DNA of 64,000 bases from Phoronis australis (lineage: Eukaryota > Animalia > Phoronida): contig NMRA01000069.1 in NCBI GenBank assembly GCA_002633005.1, forward strand, positions 1,036,990 to 1,100,989, in the 5' to 3' direction. Positions 13,201 through 28,200 of the stretch are shown here, one piece after another (within the stretch, counting starts at the first letter, position 1; each line of letters opens with the position of its first letter). The translations under genes were made by a program, and so were the position numbers. Under the pieces are notes generated by a model. The model was not told the origin of the DNA and searched no databases. It saw only the letters and a program-made list of their open reading frames with translations.

Positions 13201-16200
13201 ATCCGAGCATGACTGATGAATTGTGGATATTCATAACAAAATATAACAGTCATTATACCAAAGATGAGTAAAATTGTCAAGAATTTGAAAAGTTCTCTTC
13301 TTGCTGAAGAATGGCAACTCAAAATTCAGCGCAAAAGCTCTTAAATTTATTTACAATCTAAAGTACTGTAATTCTCAACTGGAAGTTGAGTGCAAACAGT
13401 TTCTGAAAGTATCACGACGAAGCATATACATTTTATTAACTTTTTCAAAACAACATCAGAAGCTTAGAGCTCACCCTGGTTGTGTGGCATCCTCTGTTGT
13501 CAGGGTTATTCACTTCCTGGTACAGATCTTCGCTGCTTGTTGACGAGTTGTTTCTTTTAGCGTTCCTCCTAGGTGGCGCTGACGGATTTCCCGTCAGCCC
13601 AGCCACCAAATTTTCATGGTTCATTTTCTTCTGATGAACCAGCTGCAGAGCTGGCCCACGGATTTCCACAGGATTCATTGAATACGCGTATTCTGTACTT
13701 GGAATATCTTCGCCTGCTGTTTCTACTGGAGAGATCTCCTCGTAAATGTTGACTTTTGAATTTTTAACCGTTGGTTTCAGAGACACCAGAACATGAGGTT
13801 GAGTGGAGGATGTAGCATCAATGATACCGGATCGGTTACTGGCAGCTACTGCTTCTTCTATGCGTTGTAAGTTCTCTCTACTGTCAGGAGTCACGTTTGT
13901 ATATTCATTGCCCAGTACCATAGCCTCATCACTGCCTGACCCCAAACGAATAACTGTAACCTTATTTGGTTTTCTCTCCACCACAGGTTCAGAGGATTTG
14001 ATTCCTTCCCCCACCTTCACATTCTTGGGATTACTTTGCGACAACACTGGAGGAATCGTAGCCTTCTCTACCTTTATCAAACTCGGCTGGAACGACTTGT
14101 GCAGTGTGTGTCGTTTTTGAATTTGTTGAACTTTTGGTTTATCCAGCTCTGTGTCCAGAGAAAACTTCCTTCGCTCCCCGGGTGAATATCTTGTACCGCC
14201 CTGAACTGCCTGAGCTCCCCCTTTAGGTTCTGATTGAAAAACAGCTCTGAGCTTATTGACAGAAGGGGAACTTGGCTCTGTTGGAGGTTTATCCTCCTTT
14301 TCCTTTTTGTTCATAGACTCGTTGAGTGGCACCGTGACATTTTTGTTGCCCATAGTCTTAAGGTTGATGTGTGGTTTGGGCTCTTGTTTAATCCAAGAAG
14401 AATCAACAGACAAAGGTGTTTCCTTTCTCATAGGTGGGATTGCTGCTGGCTGCTTTGCACCAGGGGAACTTTTCTCAGAAACTTTGCTGGGTCTTTGACT
14501 TGATGACGAATTCATAATTCCTGATGGCTTGCTAATCTCAGACACAGTTCCAACAGTAGTTTTTTTATCAAGAGGAGGCTTGGAGGGTGGAGGATTCTTT
14601 CTAGTTTTGGCAGCATTCCAAAGATCACCAATGACTTCCGAAGAGGGAGTTTTAACTGGGGGTGTTTTTGAGTCGACTGATGGTTTCTTGGCTAGGGGAG
14701 GTTTAGGGGGTGGTGCCCCTTGTCCATCCGACTGCTGAGATGAAGAAAGGGGAGCAGAGGACCCCTCATCTATGGCTAAGAGATTTATGGATGTCTTACG
14801 AATGACAGAGTCTGAAGGTGCATCTGAGTTGTCTTGTTCCTCTTCTTCACCTGGCGTCATCATGTTACCATGTGGAACGAAGTTCTCATAAATGCCTGGT
14901 GGTTCAGTGGGCTGAAACAAAATTGTCCTCGTTAATGCACAGTAGACCTTCCATCAAACAATGCGAATCTTTGAGGCAGGAAAATCCTTTTCACAAATCC
15001 AAGCCTCAAAACGCTTTGTTGATTGTATCCAGCAAAGGAGAGCATGGCAGTGTTGTGTATACCGGAAGATACTCAAGATACACTTGTATCGAAATTTTTT
15101 TCACTTTTACAGTGAAATCAGTGAATTATCTAATGTCCTTCAAAGAGTTGCTTTGAAGTCATGTGGCAATTGGTCTGCTCCACATGGAAGGAAATTAAAT
15201 CAACTTTCCTAATGTTGTGAGCCAAATTTGTTCTTGTGAACCATGTAACCCTCTTATCCAAGCAAAACCAAAAAATTGTGATCATAACACACAGAAGAAA
15301 GGAAGTCAACAGAATGAATAAATGTATCAATAAATTGTGATAAATACCTGGTTGCTGCTTCCAAAGTTGACATTTTGATACGTGTGTCTCTTGATGATGT
15401 CGAGATGTCGTTCAAAGAGTTCCTTAACTGCTTCATAAACCAACTTGTATTGCTCCTGAAATGGCAATAAGTAGTCGTACAATGTACCAAAGTCTCAACT
15501 CCACAATACAAAATCTTGACACCCCGATGCAGGGTTATTTTAGTCATGTCCAAAGCAGGAATATGAAACCAAAACGCCCCTGTAGGGGGCGCTTATTTAG
15601 GTCATGTCTAAAGCATGGATATCAAACTGTCACAGTGAGAGAACAAATCAAGCATAACAAGAAATTAGTAAGTTCAGGCCGCAACATTTATATTTGATAT
15701 CAAAATATTGAATCAAACCCCCAACCTCCCGAATTTTTACCGAGTGCTCCTCGGAACACTGAGCATAGATTCACAACAAGAAAGGTTGATTCCACCGTAC
15801 AGTGCTAGCCAGGCAACAGTTAGCAGTGAGTCTTCACTTTTTTAGCACACATGTTGCCAGAAAGAGAAATTTTATTTTGTGAAGTTACTTCACAAAAATA
15901 AAGATTGCAAAAATGTTAGTGTAGATGCCACAAAACAACACTTGGTGAATATTCCACCACTGTTAGCAAATTAACCAGTCTTAGTTTGAAAATTACAATT
16001 TTTGCACAAAAAATATTTGGAGCACACGCAACATCACATAATTTTGATCAAGACAGAAACTAATAGCACCTCATATTCAAAAGTTGTGACAAAACTCATA
16101 TTTGCCGATATTAAGTACAGACTACCTTACATCCAAAATTATGAAAATGATTTAATCGCAATGTTATCATCATAACTGTAATCATGATTATCACATTTAG

Positions 16201-19200
16201 CATGATTATCATCATAATCACAATGAATTATATGTTCATCTATTAGTTTAAATCATTACAAGAGCAACGCGGAGCGTTGAAATGCGCCCACAATTGCACC
16301 GCATACGGTATCCTTCTAGGGTTGTTTATTGGTACCATAAAGTGGCCAGTAGAGGGCATACTTTGCAAAATGGAAAGGCATGGTCATTGTCTCCTCAATA
16401 GGCTAGGGGCAAAATGTGAGTAATCTTCATAATACAAGCACATCCTATACACCAGTTGCTTAAAGCACCACAGAAACATAGAATTAAAAACAAATTTACC
16501 AACATACGAGATTAGCACAGCATTAGAATGCCAGAAACAAATTTCTACTTGGAACTTTTCCTTCACAGTCACGAAGTAACACAAAGTATACACCTGAAGA
16601 CCTATGAAAATACAGAGGTCAATGTAAAATACTAAAATTGCCACTAGAGGCAAATACTAAAATTGCCACTAGAGGCATACCGGTAATCAGAATCATCCTA
16701 AAGTCGTCATCGTCCGTTGTCAACATCACATAAATACACTTGCTAAATTTAGTAAAGATCCTGCAAACGGTTTGGGAGATACAGCCATGGGCGCAAAAAA
16801 ACAAAACTGCCACTAGGAGGCGCCACAGTAGTCCAAATCGTCTGAAAATCATTGTCAGCTGTCTTCCTTATAGTAAGCACATACACGCCAATTTTCACAA
16901 TCATCCTTTGAGCGGTTTGGTTGATAGAGGGGTGGACGCAAAAATACAGACTCGAAAACAGTAAAAATGGCCACTAGGTGGCGCAAACTACGTCGAATCC
17001 ATCTGAAAACAGTAGGATAGCGTCATCTCACTAATAGGTGCCTACATACCAAATTTCATGAAAATCCGTTCAATACTTTTGAAGATACAAAGGTAAGCGT
17101 AAAAAACTAAAATTGCCACTAGGGGGCACACCGGTAGTCGGATCCGACCAAAAGTCGTCATCTTCCGTTGTTAACATCATATAAATATACTTACACAATT
17201 TGTAAAGATCCTGCGAACGGTTTAGGAGATACAGCCATAGGCGCAAAAAAAAACAAAACTGCCACTAGGAGGCGCCACAGTAGTCGAAATCGTCGGAAAA
17301 TCATCGTCAACCGTCCTCTACATAGTAAGCACATACATGCCAATTTTCACAATCATCCTTTGAGCGGTTTGATTGATAGAGGGGTGGACTCGAAAACACT
17401 AAAAATGGCCACTAGGTGGCGCAAACTATGTCGAATCCATCTGAAAACGGCAGGATAGCGTCATCTTACAACTAGGTGCCTACATACTAAATTTCATGAA
17501 AATCCGTTCAGGACTTTTGAAGATACAAAGGTAAGCGTAAAAAACTAAAATTGCCACTAGGGGGCACACCGGTAGTCGGATCCGTACATGCCGTCCCATT
17601 CATGAATGGAACATATGTGCCAAATTTCATGAACGTATGTCAAAGGGTTTTGGAGATAGAGCAGCGGACGCCGGGCGGACGCCGCCCGGACGGACGGACG
17701 GACGGACGGACAGAGATGACGGCATAATGCGTCCACATATAAATATGTGGGCGCATAAAAATCATTATCGACAGTAGTGTTGAATCACATGACCATACCG
17801 CTGCCTGCACAATGGATGGTCTTTGTTTGCGCATTGATGCAACAATGTTAAACAGACTAAAGCTATCATCCACACGGCCCATCTTCAACAGCGTCCATGC
17901 ATAGTCTATGGCACAAATTGTGCCCGTTCGACCGCAGCCAGCGCTGAAAGAAATGGTAATGGAAAGATGAGCGAGTGTAAAAAGGATTACGAATCACGCA
18001 GCGCACAAAATAAACTTTCACGGTAATTTTTCAAATTTCACATTCGTTAATAGCAGTTTGCAGGAAATCAACACTTCTTTAGGGAAAGAATTAAATCACC
18101 GTACGCAGAGAACGAATTCAGATGTTAAAGCCAAAAATAACCCAATATAATAACCCACTGTTTACTTAGAAAAACATGAGCCTCCTCACTGTTTAAAGAA
18201 AAAAAACACTCACATAAATCATTCTCAGCTACACAAATATTCTAAATACCAACTGAAGATTATAAAGGACCATCGAAAATGTCCAGCTTTGGTCAGCTAG
18301 GACACATCACACCTCAGAAACAGACGATAGTATTCATATGAAACTCTCTGACACTATTCTCACAAAAGATGTCGGGAACATTTAAAAAGTTCCACTTCTG
18401 CATTGAGGGGCTATCAAAAGTAGGTTCTTTATTATTTGTTCATGAAAAAAGTTGCACAAAACAAATGAAATGATATTTTAGAAAAAGCCAACAGCTTTAA
18501 TTTTTTTATCTCATCTTGAAGATTTATATGCAGCTGTTTTGCTATACTGCTAAATTTTACGAACAAGACAAGGTCATGTGACCCAAGTAAAGACAGACTG
18601 GCGAAAAGTCAAACTTTCCGCTTTCAGAAAATATATACTTTAACTGGTTTAAATTCTAGTTTTTTAGATATTTTGCGAAGTACACAGACTGGTCAACAAG
18701 GCCCTGCACAATAAGCTCTGACCTAGCAACGTAGTCACAATAAGCTCTTTTGAGACCCTCAGCTTTTGAAAAAGTAACGCATCACAGCATCGGTTGTCAA
18801 AAAAGACCACCGCCAAGTATGGTATGTTTGGCCTGATCAGCTACTTTCATTGGCAACAGCCCTTCATTAAAAACAAAAAGCCCCCTGCTATAACTACTGT
18901 CACATGACCCAAAGACATAAATCATGAAGAAATTACCTGCAGTGTATGACCATTGGTATGTCTATATTACTTCGGTACTCTTTCATAAGGGTAATCATAT
19001 CAAAAATGGGAGTGAACGTAGTGGGAACGCCATGGTCCGGCCACGCGTTGTAGTGGAACTGAAACACTGTACGCGATTCACCACCCGAAGAGACATGTAA
19101 GATCCTCAGGACAAAGTCACTGGAGATGTGCTTTTCTTGCTCCTGAAAAAATGAATAGTTTTGTGTATTGAATAGCACCAGAGACAGTTCCTTATCACTC

Positions 19201-22200
19201 CCTAATTAAAGTGTTTGAAACCACCAATTTCACATACAAAAACACTAAAAAACACCCCCAACAGTCAATCAGCTGTCAAATTAGAGAACCCAAAGACACT
19301 ATCTGACAATATGTAAATTAGATGATCTCAAGTTACAAGCAGAAATGGGACAAACAATCAGAGCATTAGATATTCTTCATGGCGCTTAGTGTGAAAAGTT
19401 ATCAGATATTGCTCCCTGTTTTCCCATCATGGTTTATGGTAAAATAAGGAATGTCATGGCATTGTCTTTGTCGTGGGTGTGACAGCTCAGTAGGTGACCA
19501 CGCTGTGGCTCTTTTCATTTTCCAGATGAACATGAAAAAGCACGGACACAACAAAAGTTTTGTGCAAGAAACTCCCATGTTGGTGGACATGACACACTGG
19601 CGATAGGTACATACATCTGTGGAGCTAAGAAACTTTCAGTTAAAGTGGCTCTTTTGATTTTCTCGTTTTTGGGGTATTGAATTCACAGTTATGATATGTG
19701 GTGCCTTAAAGGCAGGTAAATAAGGAACGAAAGCAATTAAGTGGTGGGTTTTTTAAATGCAAATTATGAACAAGGCTGCATTTCATAGATGCAAAAATTT
19801 TGCGAAAAAGCAAGACCACGCAAAATCATGCATGTGAAAAGAGAGTGTCTCTGGAGAATGCTCGGAATCTCACTAGCTCAGTGCAGTATATGGCAGCCAC
19901 TGATGTAATTAGTCAATGGAATAGGAATGTTGAATTACGTCGTACATTTCAGTGATTCCATTCTGCAAGTGAAAATTTTTCACCGTAAGTGTTATTCAAA
20001 CAATTGTCTTGGGTTGACAGAACAAAGCATCGGTTTTGCAACTGCGCACATTTTTTTCAAAATGTGTCACAATACAAGAATGATAAAAATAATGCCCATA
20101 CCCAAACAAATCCTCCAGAGTCTTGACTATTAAATAAAATGTGCCATGGTTTTCATGTATAAGTGATAAGTTGAAAGTGCTGATAAATTTTGCGGTGTTT
20201 ACCCACAATGCTGCACATCCTTCTGACAATTGTTCAGCCTCATTTTCAGGTTACTGGTGATCCATTAATTAATAATAACAATATTTGGTATTTGATCGCA
20301 GAATAACAGGAAATTTAAGACAAAACAGACATATCCGAGTGTATTTAGATTTTGAGAATGGGTACAACAGCACACCCGGGATTCTCCGATGGTACTGATG
20401 AGTACATATTTGGTGCTAAAATCGACATGATTAGTAGGTTACTTATTTCAGCGAGAATTGAAATGGGAGTACGGTTCAAGAGTTTTGGTATTGATATTGG
20501 TGACTTTTTTGCAATCTGACAGAATGGAAATGAGTTTGCTTTATGAACTCATAAAGGCACACTTGGTGCCTGTTCGTAAACACAGTATATGCGCGATAAT
20601 GCAAGACATCGCTCAGCCTGCGATACCACTAACTTTAATAACAAGATTATTGCATCTACGCAACTCACCCTTGTACCAATTTTCTTTCGAAGAAGCCAAA
20701 AGAAACTGCACACAGTCAAAAAACTCAATGCACAAATAAAAGTCAAATACAAACCAGTTCCACAGTGATGTCACCAAACATTTTCCTCTCATCTGGGCCC
20801 GCCCAGTACCTCTGACATTTGTGCTGAAAAATTATTAAATTTCTTGCTAAGAAACGGGCAAAACAGGGCAGTAAAAATGCTTCGTGCACAATTTTGGTTG
20901 ATCATACGATTATGCGTTAGTGATGCTATGAATCATCATTTATTATAACCAGCCTGATGAATAACAATGAGCTAAATGAGGTCATTTAGGTCACAGTGAT
21001 AAATGATCAACAGTATGGTACCAGTCTGGTCATTGTTCATATCACCGTTCATGGAAATCATTAGTTCAGTGAACAATTACAGTGTATCATTGCTCAGTGA
21101 TACGGAACCATTGATCATGTTGAAAAGGATATGATGTGATATAAATGATTTCACATACTCTATGATTTTTATGAATGTTATGGTATGCAATAAACGGTTG
21201 AATTTTTATCAACCATTCATATCATATACCATTCATGAGAATTCATAGATTGAAATGGGTGTGATTTCATACAAAAATAATTTGTATAAATGTGTAATTC
21301 TCAAACGGGCATAGAAAATGTATATCACAAAATTTTTAAGTCTGGTCAGCTAACCGTCTGCTCAGCTAACCGTTTGCTAACTGTGCTGAAGGTCAAGGGT
21401 TCGAGTCTCAGTTGGGGCAGAAATCTTTTCAGACTTACACATCATTAGATCCCATGATGTGGCCACAGGTGGCGTGCTGATCAGACTTAGAAATGTTTGT
21501 GATAAAAATAATTTATGGTCAACCAAAATTACCTATGTAGCGCACTAGATCAATCAAAAACTATTAAAAATAAGATGAAGGTAAAACAAAAGAATGATGA
21601 CCTCAAATACAGGAGATAAACTCCACCAAGCTTGCGGCACAGCTCTTGGCTTAAGAACAACAACAGAACAGAAAGAGAATGGATGCCCAGATCTAGAGAC
21701 AGGCATTATCATGAATTCACAAGAGACTGACTCTATTAGTAATATCAGTAACTATACAATCATGAGGCAGTCCTTGATAACTTTTAAACCTGCTATGAAC
21801 TTTCGATTTAAATCATTTAATTTGCCATAATAAAACTGGTCACAACTTGTTCCTTATTCTGACAGGAAGTGGATTCTAGGCTTGGAAAGTGCTTTCAGTT
21901 CCTTATTGCTCGAGAATATACTCCGCATAGAATGACCTGCATAAACAAGCCAATCAAATGACCCGCATAAATACGCCAATCTGATGAGCCAGGTCACGCA
22001 CAACAACAACCTGTCAGTACATTCCGAGTCCGGAAATCACCTCTGATTTGAGTAAAGAACAAGGTGAGACCAATTTCAAGTTAGTAGAGGACAAAAATTA
22101 TAGAAGCTTAATTAAAAGAGTGAATCTAGCATCAGTGCTTGACATGCGTGCAAGAACAAATGCTGCCAATAACCACATCCCAAAATACCACAGTGTCATG

Positions 22201-25200
22201 GTATTTAAAAAACCCACAATGCTGTGTACCAGTACAGCACTTAATGCCAAACTGCTGTAACAGTTGTGCTTCAAATCGGTAAATAGCAGGCTGTTGTCTT
22301 TTGCACAATGTGTAGTACGTCAAGTATTTTTGGGCAACATAATTCATTTTCATTGTTTCACACCTATGGGTCAGAAGTTATTGAATTGCTAGATACATGC
22401 CAATGGCACAATACTTGTTTATTTATGGTCAAATTTTCTAATCAAAGTTGATTGTACCCCACTGAATCCTGTCTTTACCCAATGTGTAAAGTTCTCATGT
22501 AACAGGTGTAGTACACAACAAAATAATGAGACAAAATGACATGCTATGCTCCATTAAGAAAACTCAGCGTGTTAGAATCCCGAGTCAAGATCACTGAGCG
22601 TGAGACAAAATCAACGTCACAGAGAAGTTGGAACGATGAGCAACAACACGACAGGATAGGAATAATGGAGTTTTGTTTATTTATTTTATTTTTGATGTGC
22701 ACTGTATCTGTTGAGTAACACAATTTGTCCATCATTTATGCAGCAATCAAAGTAATGGGGTGTACGAACCTTCCCCATCTCGTATTCTTTACACGCCATT
22801 GCGACCACTTCAACATTGTTGTACCACAGCATACGCCAGAAATCATTGACACTCGCAGGGAGGGGACCTTGAGATGCGATATACTCAGGCAGGCCATTGA
22901 CTCCCTGAAATTATAACGTTAACCGTTACAATCAAGAGAAGGCAAGCACAAACAGGGAGGGGGTGGGGGCAGGGAAAGGGGGAAAATATAACTCCCATAA
23001 AAACTTGGCTATTCTTTGGTTCATGTCAACCCAGAGAACACATGAGACTTGCGTGGCCAATGAAATACTCACTGTGTGAAAGCAGGCACCATCCCTTATC
23101 CAACAAAATTATTAAGGTACCAATTTTGCATTTATAAAAGTGCTATTGGGGGAACATAAAAATGCTACACAGAAATTATCACGCACTTGATTAACTATTA
23201 TCGTCCTTTCTGTGATCCATCTCATGAAAAGCCCTTAGTTATTTAGCTGTAGAACTAAGTCACTTCAAAATTTAACAAAACCGCGACTCACTTTCTGATC
23301 ATCCTGCGGAAGGAAGGAATCACTATCAAGCAGTTCTAAGCTGGAAACAACTCTCATTCATCGAATACCATGAAATTTCAATAATATTGTGAGTGAGTGC
23401 TCGCAATTTTTCGAAAAATATTGCCAAGAAGTAACTGTGGTACAGAGGTTAAACATGACAGCATTATTTTGGTGTACATGCCGTAATTACTCACGGGTTA
23501 ACGCCCTGGTCGCTTAAATTGGGAAACCCTGAGACAGGGGGTTGGGCAGTGGGTGCATAAACCAAAAAATTGGCAAAAACTCAGGGGTGGGCGATTACCC
23601 AAGCATTGGACGCTTACCTCCAAGTTTGAGCAAAAAAAAATCAGAAAATATGTCTGTCATACTGGGTCCTAAATTTGTGAAATTTATGGTCACCATAAGA
23701 ATCCTACTAACAACCAATGAAACAGGATTCAGAAGAGAAGTACAAGACCACAATCATGTTTTCATTTTGAAATCACAATTTGCTTTTTAAATTTCCTATA
23801 ATTTTTCATCCGTGCATATCATTTTCCCATGCCTGTTAAAACCCCGATATGATAAATCTAAATACACAGCTCAGCAGAGCAATGTTAATTATGCTTTTCG
23901 AAAAGTTTTGTTTTTCTCAACCACAGGGGTATATTAGATTTTCAAAACTTTCACTCTTAGTTGGAAAAGTTCGTTCTGTGGTTATGACTTTCATTGCCGG
24001 GATACGTGTGGGTGTCCGGGTGTACTCGCATTGACACGGAGACTTGACCTAAGTTTCGATTCTTCCAAATTCTCATTGATGCCCTTTCTACGATTGTCAA
24101 TATCAAATGGAATGTCAAGATTAGACTTTTAACGCCCACTTGACATTAACAGTTTACTTCCCACGCCTATAACCTAATATGTTCCTTTCCAACTAATGCT
24201 GGCACTGTGATGTCACAGGGCATCCCTGATCACTAGACATTCAAGCTTGACTACAAATTAAGTTATTCATGACCTTATTGACGCACGTGTGTATTTTGCC
24301 AAATATTTAAAAAACTAATCTTTTAACAATTAGTAAAAGGAAGTGGAAGCCTGTACAATTTGATTTTTAAATTCTTAACATTCCGTTTTTATTTGGTTCA
24401 TGTGACCATATCTTTTTCAATTGGTGAAGTTTAGCAAAGAAAGAATGGTATATAGATCTATTGTAAACCAACGGTATCGGCAAAATGATCAAATTTCATT
24501 TGGTATAAATGTTTAAGATGAAATCCCAAGAACATTTTGCAGTTTTCTACCATATCATTTACTATTAATTCCATTTTTTTTGATTTTTTCATGTGAATCA
24601 AAAACCGTGGTTTGATAGCCCCTCATACAAAAGTGAAGCATTTTCTACACAACTCCTAACCATGTATTGGAGAACGTTGTCCACAGCATAATATCTGAAA
24701 GTTTAAATAAAGGCCGTCAAAGTCAACTTCCCAGTTTACGTACTAGTAGGTGTGTCTCTATGACTGGATTAAACTTTAAATTTGTGGGAGAAGCCCTTGA
24801 CATGAAAGGTCAGGCACAATGCCTCTTGGAACTTACTGTGTCTGTATATATATTGTACTGACCATTTCATAATAAACATTAAAAAAATATGAAAGGTAAA
24901 AAGCAATTACCTTGATATAGTTTGCGTTGATGTAATCACTGTCAGGGTCCCCATCTATCACAGGCAGTATCACTCTGGTCTCGTCAACTGCAATGAACAT
25001 ACTTAGTAAATCATTGTGGTAAAAATGTATATAAAACAGGGCACTACATTGGTTGTTAACAATATCAACAGTGCCACCTATCCATAGAGATTTTACTTGA
25101 CTTTGACCAATCTTGAACTCTCACTAGTTCTTCTCAAGCATTGAAATTACCTGTAACCTGCGAATGGAACAAGTTGACAGTTAATTTCATAATTAAAGTT

Positions 25201-28200
25201 TTGACACAAGGCGGATAAATAGCCACAGCTTCAAAGATGTATTTGCACGCTCCTAACTACACTAATGTATTGCAAGAACTAAACAACAATGCTATTTGAA
25301 CGTCATCTATGCTAAACAAAGTGCAGTTGAATTCACTGACAACTTGTAAATGTGAAAATAAAAAAATCTGCAAATAGGTGACCTTTGCACTAATGACCTA
25401 CCTCACATAGCCCGCATCATGCAGTGTTATTCCCCAACACCACGTCACAATAGTTACTGGATACAGTTGAGCAATTTATGGTAGATAATTTTTGACACAA
25501 AACTCTTCCTTAAAAACATTTGGCAATTTTCAACCTACTTCACATTCACATTGTCGCTATGTTGTGTTTCAAACTGCTTTGACCAAGGAATCACAGAGTA
25601 TAATGAATTAAAGTTCCACTTTAAAAACAAGAATCTGAATTAAACCTTCCCTACAAAGCAAAGCTTTTTACGGCAACATAGTATGTGGCTTAATCATCTT
25701 ATTGATTGTAAGGGTCAATAGTTTATCAAAAAGGAATACATCACAAAATGATTATGGAAATTAGAAATAATTCTGGGCTCCAGAGGGCACTGAGTTGCAT
25801 GAGACAGTTCCAATACTGGGACTCAATAACATTCCCTATGTTTTCAGCGTATTTGTAAAATATTTACCCGGATTAATAACGTTTTATTCTCCATCACTCT
25901 ATTAGAGTTCATCGCAAACTCCTCGTTTTGTGACACTTTCTAATAATATTCTGAAAACCGGGTCCTTCTTTCAATAAAAATGAATAAGCACAATGTTCTG
26001 AGTTTGGAACATTGCAAAGAATTACGTCTATGTTTATTTTCAATTAAGAAATTAATAATTCCATTTAGAATGTACTCTCGCTTACAATCAAAGCCAAAAC
26101 TTGACAAATAAAATGAGAAGAAAGAACAAAAAGTATCTTCACAAGTCCACATATTTGGAGAAAAATAAGGAACATCGTTAAGTCCCTGTTTCGGACTTTC
26201 ATGCACCAGGCCACTTAAGAACTGATAGTTAATCACAGCCACAGACCAGGTTCATTATGTTATTACCGTTATTACTGTTAGCGGCAGCACTTGTTCTCAG
26301 TGCAATGACCGGTTCCTTTGGAAGACAAAATGAGACACAGTAAAGATGGTTGTTCACGACACCAGGACCCAGCCAGTTTAATCTTTATAGTCCGCGTTAC
26401 TGAACTCGATAACTATTGTTTTACTTTATCCACTCTACTAAATATTAAATTATACAAACTCATTATTATAATAGCTGCCTTTATATTCTGTGATCCAGTA
26501 CAGGGTTCTCTCTGAGCCAACATTCAAACATGATACAAAGTCTGCATCATGCTCTCACTAAAAACCTAGTAATTTCTTTTCTGTAATCCAGAAAAAAAAC
26601 AGCACTTATTTTAACACTATATTCACTCGATGGACACATCATTATCATTTTCACTACACAATCATGAAATACGTATCACTAACACTCTTTCAATCATAAT
26701 GCCTTCTTAACTTTAGGTCAATACTTCATATACATTATGCATACTTGATCCAAGTTTTCATGTATTCTTGTACTATAATTTCAAGCAGAGCTGGAATGTG
26801 GGAATGCGAGAGTGAATGTGTTTGTTTCTTTTCGTTTATACTGTATTCCATTATTAATTTCTGATTCCTTAAATAAAAGTAATAAGTAAATAAATATGCC
26901 TTGTAATTAACTGACTTTTCAAACGTGGTTTTAATTTATATTTTAAACATGGCTCAGGGCTTTTCAACTATATATATGGTTCAAGATTTCTAAACACGGT
27001 GCAAAACACTTTTCAAATATGGTGAACCGCTGTTTGAATACACGAAGGGAGAATATTGGAGTATGGTTCACACAGTCTAGTCCAAGGTTCTCTTTTATGA
27101 CCTCTAGACTAAAACAACAAACTTAAGTAAAAACACGAAATTTCACGATCAGACTGGAACTTAATCATTAAGCACAAGCTAAGACAAGGCAATCATTCAC
27201 CTTAAACAATATAGCACTCATGAATAGAATAGTAGACAATAATTATAATTTTGGTTTGGTAAATGCGAAGATAAGACCCCTGGCTACATTCATGAATGAC
27301 AGATTCAACAGCCAGTGCATCTTTCAGTTTCAATTTACATTGTTGGCTTAGCTTTTCAGTTTTGCTTTTACTATGGACATATCATAACTACCATGATTTA
27401 AAGTTTATAGGTTAGTATGATATCCAGATTCAATGAATTGGAATTGCAAACTGCTGTGAAAAGAGCAGAGTGTCAAACGCCAATTAAGACGGAATCCTGA
27501 AACAGGAAGTTGAAGAGACAATCACTAAGAGTGATCAACTTTGCTCACTCATCATTCGCACCCTAATTATCATAATCTTCAAAAATGTACAAAATGTATT
27601 GTGGACGGGAGACAATTTGGCAGATACAGACCTTAGAAGTTTTCAAAGAACATTGGTGGCAATTACCTATGAGGACATGGAAATGTAACATCAGCACTTA
27701 ACAGTCAGCCGAAAACGTCTCATCGAAAATATGCCAATCGCATTTTCGGAATGGGGCTCCTATAAAGTGGAAATCAAAAAAGGACATTGGCTCAGCACAT
27801 GTACAAGTGAGGCCAATTTTCTACTGACATTTTGATCTATCCAAACGTATTTTTGACCGTTTACTCACTTATGTCGAGTAAGCAACATACAGTATTTGAG
27901 ACATAATTTTCTTTGAGGTGCATGGATAATAATTTATAAATTTCATATTCACAAATGTTCAATTGGTATGGAGAATCCCCACAACAGTTAGACCTTGAAA
28001 CATGGAGAATCCCCACAACAGTTAGACCTTGAAACATGGAGAATCCCCACAACAGTTAGACCTTGAAACAAGAGGACGCCAACTATCATAATATGAACAC
28101 TCAAATTTACTATCTTGTATTGCAAACTGAAACCAAAACAGGTTTGTGCAATAAGGCGTTTCCAATAATCTACTGGATTTATTCTCGGTTTCCAATCAAA

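Noticed and set aside
13803-14738. Plus-strand ORFs opposite the large PTPN12 exon
   Set aside because: Antisense shadows of a real coding exon.
23479-23620. Possible Tc1/pogo-type MITE remnant (CCGTAATTACTC...)
   Set aside because: Only one terminus is recognisable, with no matching TIR or TSD.
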